A stretch of 64,000 nt of DNA from Tubulanus polymorphus. Lineage: Eukaryota > Animalia > Nemertea. Position 1 is the first letter of the stretch, and each line of letters starts with the position of its first letter. The stretch is from assembly GCF_964204645.1 (NCBI RefSeq), contig NC_134028.1, positions 11,579,263 through 11,643,262 of the forward strand. Direction: 5' to 3'. Positions 15,601-30,600 of this stretch are shown here, piece by piece. The position numbers and the translations under genes were made by a program. The notes below the pieces were generated by a model, which worked only from the letters and a program-made list of their open reading frames with translations, did no database searches and was not told the DNA's origin.

Positions 15601-18600
15601 ATAGATAAACTTATGTCCTTAAAACTCGCAACAATGATAGCTGATGTCATGAGCTACAACTTTGCAATTGATTGTGGTTACAAAATATGAATAGGTACAA
15701 ATATAATAAAGAAATGCGAAGATATTGTATTATTCAACGCCCCTGGTGGCCATATACAAAATCCAATTACCATGAAACTCACCACAATCATAGAACACGT
15801 TATGAGCTACAACTTTCTAAATGATTGTGGTAGCAAAATATGCTTAGGTATCAATATTATGTGGAAAAACTTTTTCCCACTTACGAATGAGTACTGGTGA
15901 CACCAAGATGGCCGCCAATTGCGTCATAATTGGCTGATGAAAAATACCTGTCTCAGGTATAAAACATCCCTTTCCAAAGAGTACCCATCACAAATTGCAA
16001 AGAGAAATGATAAACCAGTAGGAAGCTACAGGACTCAGAATTTGGGCCAAAATTAACATTTTTGGGCACTAAAAAGGCCATAGGATGGGCATCTTCAGTC
16101 CGATCGACCCAATTTTTGTTATGTTGATGGGCCCTGGGGGGATTCACATATATCCGAAAGATCAAGGTAATTGATCAAAGCGTCTTCAAAATTTCCTTCA
16201 AAAAGTTCAAAAATGTGTTAAAAATGCTGATTTTGGCGAACAACAATGGCTGCCAGTCGGCCATCTTGATTCTGACAGGAGCAGTTTTTGGGCTGAAGAT
16301 GTGTCTAGGGTAGATACATGTGTAACCCAAATATCAAGACGTTACCTTGAAGCGTCTTCAAAACTTCCCAAAATAACTGGATTCCGTCTACGGACGGACG
16401 GACGAACGGACGGACGACGGACGAAAAGTGAACGCAATAGCCCGCTGGGACTAAAGTCCCAAGTGGGCTAAAAATGCGAAAACGGTGTCAGAAATTGATT
16501 TAATCATGTAGATGTAAAATCGTAAAAAAGGTGCCCAGGTTGATGGGTTCCAGTAGAATATTTGACACTGTTTTGTTTTGAGAGCCACAAATGCTGATAC
16601 AGGAAACTCTTGTGAAAAATCGCGTCTCAGGCAACCATCACGGCCAAACATACTGGTCGTAAACACGTTTATTGGCACTTTAGAGCGGATAAATTATGAA
16701 TATGTACCAAAAAAATATGCATGATATTTGGAATTTATTGCCAGTTTCAATGTTGCGCCATTCAAACGAGATTTTCAATAACACAAAAGTAACATGTGGT
16801 AAATCACCTACCACCACTAATTATCGTTCTAAAACCAAACATTCCGCACTAACTACAAATTAGTGAAATAATTTAAGCAGCGGCCATAATTTTAACTTCA
16901 GTTGAACATCATTATCTTTCAATTTAGAATGCTGTAATGTTGTTGTAAACGGCCATTAAGGCTTCATGTTTCGTCTGCAATTTACTGCAAATACTTATGT
17001 AACTATGCAAATGTATATGTTTTTGGCCGCAGTACCCTCAATCGGGACGGTTCATGACTAGCTTCACTGCGACATTATCATTTATCAACATCGCCATATC
17101 ACATCACCTAGTTATATTGTGCCTTGAAACCCTAACAGCTGATATAATTGAAATTCATGCACTATTTCTAACATTGAAAATTCATAAGGTGGCCATGTTT
17201 GTTTCCGCGGCTTCGCGTAAATCCCGCACGGTGGCGCAACCACGTGGAGTGGGGCCAATACGTCCAGCATCAAAATTAAACACTGGTACATTAGAGATTA
17301 CGCAAAACAAATGAAAAAGTGTAAAAACTCTATTGATTTGAATTCAAGTGATGGGAGAAAACTGACTTTTTACAGATAATTACATCGAAAAATATCATGG
17401 AAAATATCAAGAAAAATTTTTTTTTTTCAAATTATGAATTGAACGCATACCGATATGAAGTTTTAGGCAGAATTCCAGAGAATGCGTGCTTCAAGTTATC
17501 AAAAAAGCCTAAGATTCCACCCTGATTCAATCAAGAAGTTTTTATGATGATTCATCATGAATATACATGGTACTGGGTTTTCCCACTAACTCAGACACTC
17601 TCCACTGTGTACGAAGTTTGTTACTAGTAGACAATTTATTTTCGTCATAAAATTCATGGCCGCCTGCGATGAACCCTTGCAGTTGAATCATTTGCAGTTT
17701 CCAAGAAAACTAGGCCACAAACGAGGCGCACTTTTCATATACATGCAGAGATCAATACACCACATTCCAGCCAGTACATGTGTCACACACGTGTGTAAGG
17801 CATGAATATACGTTAAAAGGGCTTGTGTTCTTCCAAAACAAAATGAAGTTCCAACAACAAATAAATAACAAAATTAAATATAGCTGCAAGCAGCGATAAC
17901 AGGTTTCTGTCTTTCTGGATAGAATGTCGTTCAGGGATGCGAGCAAAGATTTCACCCGAAATCAGTTCGTTACATTCCGTTTTTTTGAAAGAATGCCACC
18001 TAGGGGTCAACTCACAACATGGATATGTTGACCCACATGTGCTATTACGCGCAAAGTACTAATGTGCCGGGTTTTGGGGGGAGAAACATCGAGAAGAACG
18101 AAGCTATGGTGTTTTTACCATTTCCTAGTGACAGTTTAAGCGCATATTCGGTTATTATTAGTTCCGAAAAAAAGTCGACTAGATAAGAAAACTGAATTTG
18201 GCCCAAAGCACAAATTTGGCCTATAGGGTAAACTATGCAGGAGGGAAGGCCTTATAGTGTTACTATTTAGTAGAGGAGTGACAAGTCAGTCTGACAAGTC
18301 AAGCGATCAGATGGGGACTACAATTCACATATGAAATTGACGTCCAATAACCATTATAAAAACATAATCACGAACGGTACCATCACTCACCATTACTGAC
18401 TGTCACATGGTCTCTGGCTAGCAATCATTCTTTATCGGTGCAGTGGGTAGGTATTTTCAACTGACTTTGTTCTTCTATGACATTACCACCACCTCCAATT
18501 TGTAATGTATGTGATGTATTAACTGACTTTAGACCGTTTAATATCTACGATAACAAGGTATCACCGATGATGACATTTTCTGACGCTAACTAGTATAATC

Positions 18601-21600
18601 CCCTTTTGGACCGGACCAATTCAATTCAATTAAGAAAACGCGTACCGGTACAGTAAATAAATAAACCGCTGTTGATTTTTCGAAGTATTGATATCCACGA
18701 ACAAAACTATACTATTATAGAATGTTTAAAAGGAACTGCTTTTAATAACAGTATGAATAAACTTCACAAACAAGGAAGTACATTTTTAACTTGTGAATGG
18801 TCGAACCCCAGTTATTCACAGCAACCTGTGATTTGGATATTCTCGGAGCTTTCCTTCATTATTTATTTATGAAATGCGTCACAAACTTTCAGATTCGCGC
18901 CAGTATGCGCGCCATGATTGATGATTGCTATTTCCACCGGTGTTATCTTTAAAGGCCGAGGAGCAGTATAAAAGCCCAATCAATGTCATAGATGGCAGTA
19001 CCCATGAAGCAATAGTGCACTGGAGAGCTCCAACCGTTGAAACTGGAATTCTCCTATTTTCTCTGTCAGTTATCCTATTTGGATCCTCCATTTTGTCAGA
19101 CATATGTATTAATGTGTAATATATTCATTTCTGCAGTCAAAAATGTGTTTTAGGCCCTCCTTTTCGAGAAATTAAGCTTTTTAGTTGGCATTTCCTTCAA
19201 AATTTGAATCTTTGAATGACATAGAGGGAGGAATTATCCAGTGAATTATTGTAGCTCACAGAGCACAGTAACAGTAATATGATACCTATAGTCATCAGTA
19301 TACATAAACAAAACATAGCCTCATTCATAGTACCAAAATTTGGCAACATCAAAACTTTTTCTATGGTCAATGGATCAGTCTGAAATTTCGTACACTTGTT
19401 TAGCTATCTACCATCGATGTTGCGTCCAAATTTCATCGAAATCGGATAAAAATAAATGATTTTCAAAAAATTTGAGATGTCTCTATAATCTTTAATCTTG
19501 GCCCTATCTCTACAAAAAAAATGAGCGCTAGCATCAGATTTTCATTCCCACTATGACTAGATTATTTAAAATTAGTTTAGAACTTGATATGAAAACTTTT
19601 ATGAATTTGTCAAATTCAACTGTGTGTGACCTGCTTTTCTGTTGTGAGCCAACCTCGCTCACTCTAAACATTATAATCAAGATACTGTATAAGTAGGACA
19701 GCCGATCTCAAGTGTTTGCCACCCGGTTATCTAGCATCCATACTCCTCGGCCTTTAAGTAACTTCAAGTTTAAAATAGGAAGCACAGTACATCCATAGAA
19801 ACTACGCGCAGCAAGAGACTGTTATATTATTATCAGAGTTTAACATTTCGTTTCAAAGTTGTTAGTAGTCAAATCTAATAGAAGATGATTTTTTGTGACG
19901 AAACTCAGTGGAAAATATGTTAAAATAATAATCAGCAGGAATCCAATAGGGTTTCTGCCGAGGCAGCAGAAACCCTAGTAAATAAGCAACATATTCCGAA
20001 GAAATTCAATAGAATGCAATAAAAATTCCTCCCAACAACCCAAGAACTCAGCCAGGATTGTTTGAAGGGAGGGCTTTGCCGGCAACCAGCAAAAAGGCCA
20101 TCCATCGGACGGGTATTCAGCTAGTATGTTTTAGCCTAAAACTAGATTGAGGCAAACACCCCCAAACTGAAATTCACTGTCACATATGAAGGTGCAGGAT
20201 TTCTGATCAATGCAATGGAAACATTGTGGCAGCAACTATTTCTATAAGAATTATTCTAACAAAGATTAAAAGAACGATTGAATAAATCTCTAAACTGTGC
20301 AAAGGTTTAGGTATCATCTGTTCCAAGCATTAATGCTCTAACCTGATCAATAATATTACTTGGTTCCAAAAGACAAGGATGCTCCAATAAAATTCAGTAA
20401 CTGGTTTATTGACACACTTAACTTAACAACTGTTTTGTTGGCAAAAATAAACCAACAAACTGAGTCGTTGCCTTTTTAGATCAGTTCTTGTATCGTAGGG
20501 CCTGCCTGGTCAGTGGATAAAGAACTAGGCCTATTGAAATATATAACACGGCTCTCAGAAGTAAGCGAAGCGGCAGACAGATAGAGGTAGGCCTTCGTTA
20601 GTATACTGACACACCCTCTGGCTACATCGGTCGAATGACCGGAAAACACAGGCCTATCTAATTTCTGCACCAATTCTTTATCTACTACTTAACTTAACCT
20701 CTTCGCTACCACTAGTGACATATATTTACGTCGTAAATAATAACCTTCTCTCACTATGTATTTTTACATTGCAAATATACAATTGCTGGTGTGGTGAATC
20801 ACTACGCCACTGGTGTGTAGCTGTACTAAATAACCATCCGCTTCAATTCAGTTCCAATTTTTATTCATAGATGGAGGGTTAGTAGTTCTAATACCGAATT
20901 GATTTGTATTGAATGATGCCATTGGGTTCGAATCCTGGTGAAGGGCATAACATTATCAGCGGTAGTGAAGAGGTTATGCAGCTATCAATCTGCTGTCTGT
21001 ACCCACCCCCTCAGACGAAGACATTGACCTTGGCGATGCCTTGACAATCAGTTTGTGTAATGATGGCGATAGCCTGTCGATAACATGCGTAAGGATTCGT
21101 CATTCAGATGTCGAATGTTTAGCATTATGAACTAGGACAGAATGGCAAATGTCTGTCGATATATTTCCATTGAAATGAGATCTGTCTGCGATTTTAAAAT
21201 AATGTCAAAGATATTTTTGAATTTAATTATGAATAGGATTCGAACCGTACATACACGTGATAACTACGGTACTATGGATTTCTGAAAAATATACAGTTAC
21301 ACAAATGAGTGTAATGTTTGCAATTGTATCAAATTAGGTAGTTTACCACCTACCCGGCACTTCATCCTATAAATAAAAGAAATGTTACGTATTTTTCATC
21401 ATTTCATCATTGTGAACAAAATTAACCTCAGTCTACTGAGAAAGAGCGCTTCTGTGTTTGAAATTACTTGATTGAGATGGAGAGAATATAATATGGGGCC
21501 AAATGATTAAATCTTTAATGGCCAAATTGACAACTTATGTTTCCTATTGTCCCGTCTGCAAGTACCACAACAAAATGTTAACTTGTCCATGTCCATCTCT

Positions 21601-24600
21601 TATGAATTTTTACAATAATTTTCCAATTTGTTCAAATTGAATAATCTGCGTTTCTAACTTTATAATAGTCTGATGGTGGCGCTGTCTCTCCTGGATATTG
21701 ATGTCAGTGATAGGCTGTCTATGGCTTGTGTCTGAAATCGTCGGCATATTGGTGATATCCTGGCGAACCTTGTTGCTTTATCTGGCGAAGTCTTGACGAT
21801 CAGTTTTTATAAGGATAGCGATAGCCTGTCGATTGTCTGAGGAGGGTGGGTACAAACAGCAGCTTGACAGCTGCATTAATGAATACTACGCCAACATCAA
21901 ACATAAATCTTCACTCACCTTGAAGATGAATTTTCTACTTTTCACTAAGCTCAGACTACGCTTAACAAGAACCGACAGCCAACAAAACGAACAAATGTAA
22001 ATGGCGTCGAGTACGTATCCTGAGATTAATTCCAATCAGGATTCAGGAGATTTGAATCCCACCAAAAGCGATTGAGAGCACTAATCACACTTGCGGCATG
22101 ATTAGTACATAAAATAGGGAGCATATATTGATTACTAGAACAGCGATAAAGCGACTCAACTTGTCGAACTTAACGCTTAATGGCGCGAACAATTCTAGTC
22201 TCTCCCCCTAGTATTTACAATCCATTATGGCTCTTTCAAGCCTAAAAATTATTGCATCTTCTTGTTCAGATTATATTGATGGTGGTAAAAAATAGACTTA
22301 TTTTCAAAATAAATTGATGTGACAAGTGACATTAATTGTTTAAATTGTTCTATCAAGGCTATCCCACAATTAACTTACTTGTGAAGAAATGGTTCAATGA
22401 AGTGTGATGAAGGCATGATCACTGATTTCGGGGGGTCTTGAAATTTTCCTATAATGGAAATTGTGAATAAAGATAAAGCGTCCAATAGAGAGCACATAGG
22501 ATTATACTAGTCAGGTACCCTCGATATAGGTACCTTCCAAACCATTTACGAGTTACGTCTAGTGACATACTCATATTTACTGAATATCAAGACTATAATT
22601 TGAAAGTAGTCGATATTTTAATACTAACCAGATACATAACCAAAGATAAAGACGATCCATAGAAGGATCTACAAAACTTCCCAAAATAACTGGATTCTGT
22701 CTACCGCTGAATGGATGGACAGACGGACGAAAAGTGACCACAATTGCACTTAATGACTTAAGTCAAAAGTCGGCTAATAATGAAGGATTCTTCAGGAAAA
22801 TTGAGTAAAATCCTTGAAAAATAAGGATGATTTAGGATGATTTCAACAAGAAACGAAATTCCTAATAAGAACTTCCCTAAATTTACACGATGGTTCACGT
22901 TTAATCTATACAATCCAAATCACATTAAAGTCTTAAGCATTTATAATTCATGAAGATTTCGGTATTGGCCTACTCATTATTTTAAAGATTTAGAATATCT
23001 GCGCTTGCCGTCGTATATAGCGAGCAGTATATAAGCTTGTGTGTATGTGTGTGCGTGTGCGTGCGGGTGCGCGCGAGCGAGCGAGTGTGTGTGTGTGTCA
23101 GACAAGTTGTAGACATCAAGACCCACGAACTAACATCTAGTGACATGTTTGAGAGACACAAATTAATTTATGATCAGCCCTGACTAGAGCTAATTACTAT
23201 GAATACATATTGAGCAGTCTGACAGCAGTTGATTATGATAAAGCACATATTTATACTATATTTATAAGTTACATCGCATTATTATGTATTTCATCTAGTA
23301 AGATTTATATGAAGTATCATATTTCGATATTAAATGTACGACTTAACAAATGTCAGGGTGACATACGTAACAAGGCATGTGTTCTTCACAAATAAACAAG
23401 AAACAAAATTCTTAATTTGTACTTTCCTAAATTAACATAATGGTGTGTGTTTAGACCAGTATCAAAATTAAGCTTCAGTAAACATACTTTAAAGTTTAAG
23501 CATTTATAATTCATAATCCATTTCAGTCCAAAGTAAGCCTACACTGCACCATTAAAACTGCAAGTGCAAAGGGGAAAAATAAAATATGGATTTTTACTAT
23601 CCCCAAAGTTTTAAAATGGGGAGAGAACACGTCTAATTTTTGGGTCAAATAGACACTCCACGTGCATGTGTAAAAACCTGGATGCTGAATGATACGTACA
23701 CTGTGCATGAAGTTTGTAAAGCGTCTAACATATTAGACCTTTATTTTTGTAAATTGAACAATTTCCTAGATTCACTGCCCCCTTTCCCAATTTCACTGCA
23801 GTAAAATTCACTTGCTTTTCACTTCCGTGCTTATTCACTGCTTTCACAGCCTGCAATGAACCCTGGCAGTTGAATCATTCGCAGTTTCCTGAAAAATCAG
23901 GCCACACACAAGGCACGCTTTTCATATAAATGCATGATGCGCTCGGTAGTGAACTGATCAATACACTTCAGAGCAGCCTGTGTGTGTGAAGCATGAATAT
24001 GCATAATAGGGCATGTATTCTACTGAAACCAAATGTAGTTCCAACAACAAATAAATAACTAAATAAATACATAAGCAATGCATCCTGATGAAATTCAATA
24101 GGGTTCGAGATTTTATTACTGTAATGAATGTTCCGAAGAGAAACCAAGCCTCTTTCGCAAGTTATTTTGTACAAAGGCAGTAGGTGTCGTACGCGTTAAC
24201 AAAAAGGACCTCGCTTAAGCGATAGTCCATAAAAATTGAAAACTAGGGGTCCAGGGACACAATGCCCACTTGGAATGTGGTTTCAAATGCTCAACAATCT
24301 AACAATCTCAATAAATCAACAGAAATACTAAGTTATTCAACCATTCAACGCCCCTGGTGACCATATGCAAAACCAAATGACCTTGAAACTCACCACAATC
24401 ATAGAACATCTCATGAGCTACAATTCAACGCCCCTGGTGACCATATATGATAATTTACCTTGAAACTCACCACAATCATAGACCATGTCATGAGCTACAA
24501 CTTTGCAATTGATTGTGCAAAATATGCAAAGGTACGAATATAACATAGTAATACTAAGTCAATGTATTATTCAACGCCCCCTAGTGGCCATATACAAAAC

Positions 24601-27600
24601 CCAATGACCTTAAAACTCATCACAATCATAGAATATGTCATTATGCTACAACTTTCCAATTGATTGTGGATACAAAATATGCTTAGGTATCAATATAATG
24701 TTGAGATACTTTTTTCCACGTACATATGAATACTGATGACACCACGATGGCGGCCAATTGCGTCATCATTGGCTGATCAAAAATACCTGTCTCAGGTATT
24801 TGAGAACCCTTTCCATGAAAGGCCATCACAAATCTCAATGAAAAATGGCAAACCAGTAAGAAAATACATGACTCGGAATTTGGGCCAAAATTGACATTTT
24901 TGGGCACAAAAAAGGTTACAGGACGGCCATCTTGAGTCCGATCAACCCAATTTTTCGTATGCTGATGAACCCTTGGGGGATATAAAAACATACGAAAGTT
25001 CAAGATAATTGATCAATGCAACTTCGAATTTTCCTCCAAACCTTGAAAAATGTGTAAAATGTGCTGATTTTGGCGAACAAGTCGGCCATATTGAGTCTGA
25101 TAGGGCCAGTTTTTGGGCTGAAGATGTGTCTAGGGTAGATACATTCGTAACCTAAATGTAAAGACATTTCGATGAGGCATATTCAAAACTTCCCCAAAAT
25201 AACTGGATTCCGTCTACGGACAAATGGACGACGGATGGACGTCTGACGAAAAGTGAACGCAATAGCCTGCTGGGACTGAAAACCCACGTGGGCTTAAAAG
25301 TAGGCATTGGAAAAAAGTAGTGGAACTTGCATCCCTTTTTTTCTGTATAAACGCTTGATAATGGGGACTTAAAAACTTACCAAAATAATTACACATGGTG
25401 ATAAAACAAAGACCAGTCACAAAAGCATCATATCCTGCTTCATGAAGACATTCCTTACTTGTGCTGTAGGGAGGAAAACCCCTAGGAAAATCTGGAAAAC
25501 AGTTATTCTATACACTGAGCAAATTATGTGGGACGACAGTTAGGAAGTTAATTGAATGGCTAATAAGCGCTTACCAATTGTTGGTTTTACAAATGGTTCT
25601 CGCTCTAATATTTTCTGCAAATCTCCCAAAGCAGTAGAAACTATGACATCCTGAAATGATGAAAATATTTTATGATTTGACATAAGCATAATGCCATGAC
25701 TCTTTTAGTCACGATCACCAATTATGTGCCTCATATGTAACTCATATTGCTGTTCTGACAGCAATAATTTGCTGCGATTTATAAGGATCTTTCCAAAGGT
25801 AACCATCAAACTCATATAAATCTATATAAAAATATTACAACAGAAACCCTGACACTGTTGAATTTGTATTACACACATTTCACACTTACTTTGACAAACA
25901 TTTTGGAAATGGAATAGTATCAAACACACTTGTCTGACTCTGGGTTATGCTTTATTTGTAGCGACTAAGGCCTAAAAAAATTGTACTTATCAAAAGAATG
26001 GTAATCTTAATATTAACACTACTTCTGCTCAAAACATAAATCAGCAAAATGAACATTCTCATCTGTTGCCAAAATCTAGTTTCAGCAGTAAAAATATGTT
26101 CACCCTTGTCTGAAGTCAGCAAAACTAATGCCATCAAATAATCAAAACTATATCAAAACTTCAAAATCCTAATGCTAGAAGTGTAACAGGATATGTTTCG
26201 ACTGATAAAACAATTTTGCTCAAAACCACAGTAGCTAGAGTCAATATTCCACTTGATGAGTGTTCTACACGGTCGTGAACAGTTTGTAGGCAAATTAGGA
26301 TTGCAAACAACTAGAATGGATCTGATTGAAATACTGTACAGCCTAGAAGTAACATAACTCATAACACTTCTGGCGTTCGTCAGAGATCGTTGTTTTCATT
26401 TTTCGTTTTTGATAAAACGAAATAGAAACGCAAATCAAACGATTTTGGGAACCTAAGTATAACAGGCTATGATAATCATGGCTAGGATCATGGATGTAGG
26501 TAAATGACGCGTTACAGACCACTTTCTATCGGATTGGCAGTTCTATATGGATACAACACTATGGGACTATATCCATGGCAATTGAGATACTATGGGTGTT
26601 GTTCGGTGAATGGCAATTTTAAATAGCGACGATCCCTATATGGTCTTCGACCATAAAAAGTTGTCACTATGTAGTAGTTAGGTTTGGTCAATGCATTGTT
26701 TATGCCAGTAACCGTTTTAAAGACTTTAGTAATACTAGGCGTAGTTCGACTTTCAACGCGATCATCAATCATCTTATAATATCTTAAAAGGCTTCTTGTG
26801 AGCCTACAATAAGCGGAGGTTGGTCTTATAGAGTCGATTACGATTAGTGCCATCGATAGCTTTAACAATCTCTTTTTGCCAAATTGTTTCCTTTTCACTG
26901 GGGGTACATGGGAACCAATTAAATGTTTGCTGCATGATGAATGCTAACTTTTGTGGGTCAAGCTTACCTTTGGTTCTCATGCCGTGCACATTTCTACCTC
27001 GAATTTCATCAAGACTAAACAGTCCACAACATGTTCTTTTAGCTTGTTGGGAACCTAAGTACAACAGGCTATGATAATCATGGCTAGGATCATGGATATA
27101 GGTAAATGACGCGTTACAGACCACGTTGTCACTCTTTGACTCTTTGTCGCATTACTTTTTATATGCATGATTTCTCTGATATTTGAAAAATATTCTACTC
27201 TACCGGCATCTACTGCCACGTTGTCATTAGAAACCACATCAGTCATGATACACTTTATTGGTGAATCAAATGGCACATTCAGCATTGCAGTGGCATTTTT
27301 GCCAGCTGGGCTCATTGTACTGGGTTAGGTAGAACCAGAAATACTGGCATTTTCAACCAAATATGCCTGCAAACTGTTAACATAAAATCCCGCAGAGACA
27401 TCAACTGAGTAATTACATAAAACAAGGAGCCTATCGGCTGAAATGAAGGCTGCATACCTAGGGGGTGCCCCCTAGTGGCCAAATCCAAAAAGGGCTGTGT
27501 ACTTTGTAGGTATTGGTCCATAGAACATTCATACCAAATTTGGACTTGATCTGATTTAAACTGTAGGACTTATAGCAATTTGAAGAAATAGAAACTCCAT

Positions 27601-30600
27601 CTCCAGGGGCGCCCCCTGGTGGAAAAGTCCAAAAAATGGCTTTAATACTTTAAAGGCCTAGGTCCATAGAACATTCATACCAAATTTGGAATTGATCTGA
27701 TTAAAACAGTAGGACTACTAGCGATTTGACGAAATAGAAACTCAACCCCAAGGGGCACCCTGGGGGACAAATCCAAACTAGAATGTCGCTGAAGACGACT
27801 GATGCCCCCACATCAGGTGAAACGCCTGACAGTAAAGTACACCTTGAGGATATTTTGAATTGTATATGAAGCAGCTTAGGTATTCAATAGTGAACAAATA
27901 CATTATCAGCAAAAATAGAGTAAAGTAACTCAATAGGAATAGTCGGATAGTGAACGAATATTTGATCAGCAAAAATAGAGTAAAGTAACTCAACAGGAAT
28001 AGTTTGAATAAGGAAATACTCCCTGAGTTAATGTACAGAGCATTCGTTGTTTGACAATTCTGGAAATATGCAACCATTAAAATTATTGAAGGCATATCAA
28101 ATAGTCACTACTATTAATGCTTGCCTGTACACTCGATCAGGACTTATATCAGTTACTCACTTCTTCGAGCTGTGACATTGAACTTTGACCTACACTACTC
28201 AAAATTGAATCAGTAAGGCCTACTTATAGTCACAAGATTAATTCATTAATTATTTTACATAGTAATCGTAAACAATCAATGATTTAGAGCCCGGAAATGA
28301 AAATTCCAAAACAACTACTGCTGACCTTGACCTGTGACCTACAGGACCCAACATCTAATCAGTTATCTATTTGCTCTAGAACAATCGATCAATTTATTTT
28401 CACCAAGTTATCTTAAACCATTTATGAGTTATAGCCCGGAAATGAAAATAGCAAAATAACTTCTGGTGACCTTGACCTTAAGACCTACAGGACCCGATAT
28501 CGAGGCAGTCACTGAAGGTCTCTAGGGTAACCCATCCATAAAATTTCAGCAAGTTATCTAAAATCTTTCATGAGTTAGAGCCCGGAAATTAAAAATACAA
28601 AACCGCTCCTGGTGACCTTGACCTTTGACCTACAGGTTCCAAAATCTAATCAGTTACCCACGGTCACTGGGATAACCCATCCATAGAATTTCACTGAGTT
28701 ATCTCAAAATCGTTTACGAGTTAGAGGCCGGATATTAAATTTACAAAATGGCTTCCTGTGACCTTGACCCAACAGGACCCAAAATCTAATCAGTTACTAA
28801 CCTCATCTAGTACAACACAGTTCTTTAATTTCAGGAATATTTGTCAAAGGGTTTGGGTGCTAGGGCACGGAAACCACTGCGGACAGACAGACGGACGACG
28901 AAGTGAATATAGTATGCCCCCCCCCCCACAACGCGTTGTGGGGGCATAAAAATGGCTCTGTAACTTTATAGGCCTAGGTCCATAGAACATTCATACCAAA
29001 TTTGGAATTGATCTGACTAAAACTGTAGGAGAAGTAGCAATTTGAATAAATAGAAACTCCACCCCGAGGGGTGCCCCCAAGGGGACGGATCCAAAAAATG
29101 GCTCTAACTTTATAGGCCTAGGTCCATGAAACATTCCCCAAAATTTGGAATTGATCTGATTTAAGCTGTAGGACTAGTAGCGATTAGAAGAAATAGAAAC
29201 TCCACCCCCAAGGGGCGCCCCTGAAGGACGCATCAAACAAATGGCTCTATAACTTTAAAGGCCTTGGTCCATAAACATTCATACTAAATTTGGAATTGGT
29301 CTGATTAAAACTGTAGGACAAGTAGCGATTTGAAGAAATAGAAACTTCACCCCCGGGGGGCCCCTGGGCGGACGAATAAAAAAAAATGGCTTCATAGATT
29401 TATAGGCCTTGGTCCATAGAACATTCATACTAAATTTGGAATTGACCTGATCAAAACTGTACGACTAGTAGCGACTTTCGATCACAGCGGAGCTAAAAAA
29501 TTGAGCCATTTTATCTTGTGAAGTACATTGGGACGAATCAAAAAGCGAAACCCAATCAAATGGACTTCCAATATGTTTGGACTCATGACCCCGTTGAAGA
29601 ATATCATTAGGTCTAGTTGATTCATATGATGCACTTCCCCTATCCTGATCTTGAGATTTCAAAATACTGTTATCATAACTATTTTCACGACTAGAAAAAG
29701 AACAGTGTTGATTTGGAAAAGGGTCCTTAATTTCTAACAGTGATGACATAGAAGGTAAATTTTCATCAGTGTATTCATCTCCATTTGCCAAATCACCTTC
29801 TGTAATCTAGGGACTTAGGTAATAAAGAACTTAGATTCCATTGTTTGGGTATATGTCGAAGCAACTACATGGGTTGAAGCCACTGGTGGATAAAAAGTAG
29901 GTTTACTTTCTTGTCCACTGAATGAAGACCTAGATTGAGTTACACAAGAAAATTGCCCCGAGTCATCAGAAGATAATGAAGAATCATTTCGAAATAAAGA
30001 TAAATGATTATCAATAAAACCTAATGTCTTATTCATGCTCATTAACGTAGTACAAATCATCTTCAGTTCAGCCACTGAAGACGCGTTGCTGCTCTCAGTC
30101 ATCCATTTCAACACTTTACTCTTCACTTTGTCGAGTTCTTTATCTGATAAACCAATTTTAATTGGGCTGTCGGAAGAGTTCCCTATTTATGCATGAACAG
30201 CAGCTGGGCTTGTTATTGTTTCTTCGTCACATGTATCAAGAAACTTTGCTTTTGCAGTTGATTTTTTAAACTAAAAAACAATATTGGCATAAACGAATGA
30301 CTGACGACATACAACTGTCAATCCTGTTCTAACAAAGAATCACAATTTACACTAGCGGTACTAATGACTCTAATAGTGTGTATTATTTTTGGAAATAGAA
30401 ACAAAATACCCCTGGAATTTGAAGAAAAAGATCAACATAACTTATATATTCCATTGATTTTGTTCTATTTACTATCCTGCAAACGAAAACATTTCTGATG
30501 AAACCTTAAGCGAAGTACTTATTCGACTTAACGATAATTAAGAAAGTGAACATTCATTAACCAATTATAGTAATAATTTTAATACCAATGGAACTAGCCA

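Noticed and set aside
27312-27521. ORF containing STQPF, similar to human PARN ASTQPFK
   Set aside because: It lies in a HINE monomer; the true exon is 41909-41951.
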